Shown here: in pieces, positions 24,977 through 28,114 of the stretch | Position numbering within the stretch: position 1 is the first letter of the stretch | Layout: each line of letters begins with the position of its first letter | Virus record (IMG/VR): IMGVR_UViG_3300030392_000196 | Location: 1-28,114 of that record | DNA length: 28,114 bases | From: a virus | Taxonomy: Duplodnaviria > Caudoviricetes | Direction: 5' to 3' (one strand) | Notes under the pieces: generated by a model | Seen by the model: the letters and a program-made list of their open reading frames with translations, nothing else | The model's database searches: none | What the model was told of the DNA's origin: nothing | Position numbers and translations under genes: made by a program

Positions 24977-26545
24977 ATGGCTCGTGGCACCTACGTTTTA
25001 GCGGTAGATTGGAACAACGACGGTGACTTCTCGGATTCAGGAGAAGACCTGACGGCCCGGACTTTGTCCGTAGAATGGCGGCGTGGAAATGATTACGCCA
25101 GCCAATTAGTGGGCAAGGCCGTCGCCGGTTCTTTGGTCGCCGAATTAAATAATGAATCGGGCGATTACAGCACATTCAATACCAGTTCATCGCTGACGGG
25201 AAACCTTGTGCCAGGGCGGAAAGTGAAGTTAACGGGTAACGATGGCAGCACCACGGCCACGCTATGGGTGGGCTTCTTAGATAGCATCGAGCCTGTGCCT
25301 TCCCTTGGGCCGAATAAGGCCAGGTTGAAGGCTATTGGGGCATTGGGTTACCTGAACAAGTTTGAGGTCAGCACCACGATGTTCGCCAACAAGAAAGCTG
25401 GGGCATTGGTGGGTGAAGTATTGGATGCGGCTGGCTGGCCTGAAGACGACAGGGACTTGGATACTGGCATCGTGACCTTCCCACGGTTCTGGACGGAACG
25501 GCTAAAGACCTTCGATGCCCTGCGGATAATAGAGGAAACGGAAACCGGCTTGCTGGAAGAATCAGCGGCTGGGAATATCGTATACCGTGACCGCCACGCC
25601 CGAAGCAAGGACACCCGTTCTACGGCCTCACAAGCCACGTACAGCGATGCCAGCGGTGCGGCCCTATCATACAGCCACATTGAACAAATAGACCCACTGA
25701 AATTCATCTTCAATGAATTACGGGCCAGGGTGCAGTTGCACAGTGGGGCTTGGATTCTGGATAGTTCGGCCTTGGGTACTCAAACAGAGTTGGCCGATGA
25801 TGCTGAAGTCCTATGGACGCACCCAGAGGTCAATCAGTTATCGCCCAGCATATCCGCTGGGGCGACACGGACATTCACTGCGGCGTATCCCACAGGTGGA
25901 ACGGCCAGCACTTCAGCCGCTGTGGACTTCTGGACGAACCTGACCGCCTCCACGGATTACCTGGCTAATGATAGTGCTGATGGCACTGGCACGAACCGCA
26001 CCAGCGACATCACGGTGACCCTGACCAAACGGGCACAATCAATGGATATTGCGCTGGCTAACGGGCACAGTGGCACGGTCTATATCACCAAGCTACAAGC
26101 ACAGGGACACAAGGTGACGGTGCAAGACCCAGTGGAGATTTCCGCTATTGATTCCACTAGCCAGACCGCATTCGGGAAGCGCACTTATCCTCATCCAGGC
26201 AAGTTCGTTCCTGATTCAGCGGAGGCCCAGAACTGGGCCGATTTTCATGTGGCTACGTGGAAAGACCCTGTGCCGCTACTGCGGTTGACGATGGTGGGCA
26301 ATCGTTCCACGGCGACGCTGACGGATATACATGCCAGGGAGATAAGCGACTTAGTGACCGTGGTAGCCACCAACGATGCAGGGCTGGGCATCAATGAGGA
26401 TTTCTTTGTCGAGCAAGTCCATCATCAGCTTGATGCGCAACTGAACCATCGGGCTACGTTCACGCTGTCGCAGGCATCAGGCTATGCTGGGTTCTTTGTG
26501 CTAGGCACATCGTCGTTAGGTAACTCGACACGGTTAGCTTACTAG
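24977..26545 (+). CDS. Minor tail / baseplate hub-like protein
   Basis: 522 aa after the tape measure; WRRG, LNNESGDYS, ETETGLL..GNIVYRDR, EISDLVTV..FFVEQVHH pattern. Confidence 0.7.
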   Translation: MARGTYVLAVDWNNDGDFSDSGEDLTARTLSVEWRRGNDYASQLVGKAVAGSLVAELNNESGDYSTFNTSSSLTGNLVPGRKVKLTGNDGSTTATLWVGFLDSIEPVPSLGPNKARLKAIGALGYLNKFEVSTTMFANKKAGALVGEVLDAAGWPEDDRDLDTGIVTFPRFWTERLKTFDALRIIEETETGLLEESAAGNIVYRDRHARSKDTRSTASQATYSDASGAALSYSHIEQIDPLKFIFNELRARVQLHSGAWILDSSALGTQTELADDAEVLWTHPEVNQLSPSISAGATRTFTAAYPTGGTASTSAAVDFWTNLTASTDYLANDSADGTGTNRTSDITVTLTKRAQSMDIALANGHSGTVYITKLQAQGHKVTVQDPVEISAIDSTSQTAFGKRTYPHPGKFVPDSAEAQNWADFHVATWKDPVPLLRLTMVGNRSTATLTDIHAREISDLVTVVATNDAGLGINEDFFVEQVHHQLDAQLNHRATFTLSQASGYAGFFVLGTSSLGNSTRLAY

Positions 26546-26554
26546 GAGGCATCT

Positions 26555-28114
26555 ATGGCTTGGACTACACCCAGGTGCTGGACGACAGGCGAAGTGGTCA
26601 CAGCGGCGTTATTGAATGCTCAGATAAAAGGAAACATGGACGTTACCAGCGCAGGCGTGGTCACAGCGGCTGGAGATATTGCCTACGCTAGTGCGGCCCA
26701 CACAATGGCCCGTGTTGGCAAAGGCACGAATGGCAATATTCTCCATCAAGCCAGTTGCGCCCCAGCGTGGACAGCCAGCCCCAGCTTTACGGGGCTGACT
26801 CTCAGTGGAGCCTTGGACGTTAACGGCACGATTGATTACGATGGCACCGATGTTGATATGCTGTCTAGCGGCGACATTGACTTGGTATCCAGTGCCAACG
26901 CCGCCGCCGCCATTTACATCGCCCAGTCCACCGGCACCAGCGGCACCGTTAAGATTCACGCCGACACTGGAACGTCCGTGACCGAAGGCGCAGAGTCCAT
27001 CAATATCCTGTCTGATGTTGGGGGCGTTGGCATTCGCTCGACAGCGAACTTAGCCAACGCAATCAACCTGACCGTCGATGGCGGAACGACCAGTTCAATG
27101 ACTCTGTTTAACGACCAAGGAACGAGTGTAACTGAGGGAAGCGCATCTATCGCCTTGGTATCCGATGCTGGTGGCGTGGAATTAAGGTCTACCGCAAACC
27201 TAGTAAACGCTATCAACATCACCAATGACGGTGGAAGCACGGGCACGATTAACATCTTCAATGACCAAGGCACAAGCGTCACTGAAGGGGCCGCTTCAAT
27301 CGCTATCGTGTCCGATGCTGGTGGAGTTGAACTCAGAAGTACAGCCAACCTCGCCAATGCCATTAACATCACCAATGATGGTGGAACGACTGGAACAATC
27401 TCCATCTTCAATGACCTGGGCAGTAGCGTCACAGAGGGCGCAGAAAGTATCAGCCTGCTATCCGACGCTGGTGGGGTGGGCATACGTTCCACCGCCAACC
27501 TTGCCAATGCTGTGAACATCACGGCTGACGGGGGAACGACTAGCACCATTCAGATATTCAACGACCAAGGTACGGCAGTGAATGAAGGCGTGGCATCCAT
27601 TCAAGTGCTATCAGATGTTGGCGGTATCGGCATCAAGTCTGGCCTCAACGCCGCTGGCGCAATACGCCTGACCGCTGACGCTGGCACCAGTGAAACGATT
27701 ATCCTCCACGCTGACCAGGGAAACGGCACCGGGTCGATTTGCCTAACGTCGGATGTTGGTGGAATCACGTTGAACCCAGCAACCTTCGTGACCGTGGGCG
27801 GCAACGCTACCAATGCTGGTGAGATTCGCATCATGGAAGATAGCGATGATGGAACGAACTACGTGGCTATTAAGGCGCAGGCTATGGGTGCCAGTTACAC
27901 GTTGACCCTACCCGCCGACGACGGCTGTAATGAGGAAGTTTTGACCACGAATGGTTCGGGTGTCCTGACGTGGGAAGCGGCTGGCGGCGGTGGCGTTGTA
28001 TCTGGTGGCACTGACGACGCAATCCTTCGGGCCAACGGCACAGGAGGGTCTACCTCGCAGGGGTCAGGAGTAATCCTGACTGATGCTAATGACATCAATG
28101 CTGGAAACGGTACT
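26555..28114 (+). CDS. Tail fibre / receptor-binding protein (partial, runs off right edge)
   Basis: Not in ORF track. AGGAGG RBS, MAWTTPRCWTTGEVVTAALLN, 50-aa repeats, YTLTLPADDG..VLTTNGSGVLTW fibre motif; open to the end of the window. Confidence 0.85.
   Translation, partial: MAWTTPRCWTTGEVVTAALLNAQIKGNMDVTSAGVVTAAGDIAYASAAHTMARVGKGTNGNILHQASCAPAWTASPSFTGLTLSGALDVNGTIDYDGTDVDMLSSGDIDLVSSANAAAAIYIAQSTGTSGTVKIHADTGTSVTEGAESINILSDVGGVGIRSTANLANAINLTVDGGTTSSMTLFNDQGTSVTEGSASIALVSDAGGVELRSTANLVNAINITNDGGSTGTINIFNDQGTSVTEGAASIAIVSDAGGVELRSTANLANAINITNDGGTTGTISIFNDLGSSVTEGAESISLLSDAGGVGIRSTANLANAVNITADGGTTSTIQIFNDQGTAVNEGVASIQVLSDVGGIGIKSGLNAAGAIRLTADAGTSETIILHADQGNGTGSICLTSDVGGITLNPATFVTVGGNATNAGEIRIMEDSDDGTNYVAIKAQAMGASYTLTLPADDGCNEEVLTTNGSGVLTWEAAGGGGVVSGGTDDAILRANGTGGSTSQGSGVILTDANDINAGNGT
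26969..27770 (+). repeat. 150-bp (50-aa) tandem repeats in the tail fibre
   Basis: Units start at 26969, 27119, 27269, 27419, 27569, partial 27719; consensus GTSVTEGAxSIxxxSDAGGVxIRSTANLANAINITxDGGTTxTIxIFNDQ. Confidence 0.9.

Noticed and set aside
26969-27770. 150-bp repeats as CRISPR or DGR template/variable repeats
   Set aside because: Contiguous in-frame repeats with synonymous-site divergence, no adenine-specific pattern, and no reverse transcriptase or cas gene in the window
22110-27834. Long - strand ORFs such as 22110-22880 and 26956-27549
   Set aside because: Antisense shadows of the tape measure and tail fibre genes, without RBS or motifs
1-28114. tRNA, rRNA, integrase, lysis or replication genes
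   Set aside because: None recognisable in this window, so lifestyle (temperate or lytic) cannot be established here

Overview
A 28 kb stretch of a tailed (siphovirus-like) phage or prophage, almost all on the + strand. It opens with a divergent control region: a leftward sigma70 promoter, a ~520-nt structured leader and an HTH regulator. Next comes a DNA-hypermodification operon (ParB-like protein, TET/JBP 2OG-Fe(II) dioxygenase, PLP enzyme, SAM methyltransferase, amino acid:DNA transferase/aGPT-Pplase, P-loop 5hmU-DNA kinase) that overlaps directly into terS/terL. Portal, head, neck and tail modules follow, ending in a repeat-rich tail fibre that runs off the window. The main candidate novel system is a packaging-linked, post-replicative thymine hypermodification pathway that would make 5hmU with TET/JBP and add a methyltransferase step. 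Other notable signals: a Mu Com-like zinc finger followed by a repeated RNA motif and an RBS-sequestering hairpin, three tandem tail-tube paralogs, a shared 19-bp operator, a duplicated ~200-bp non-coding element, and an antisense cassette in the head module. All product calls rest on motifs read by eye; no database searches were run.
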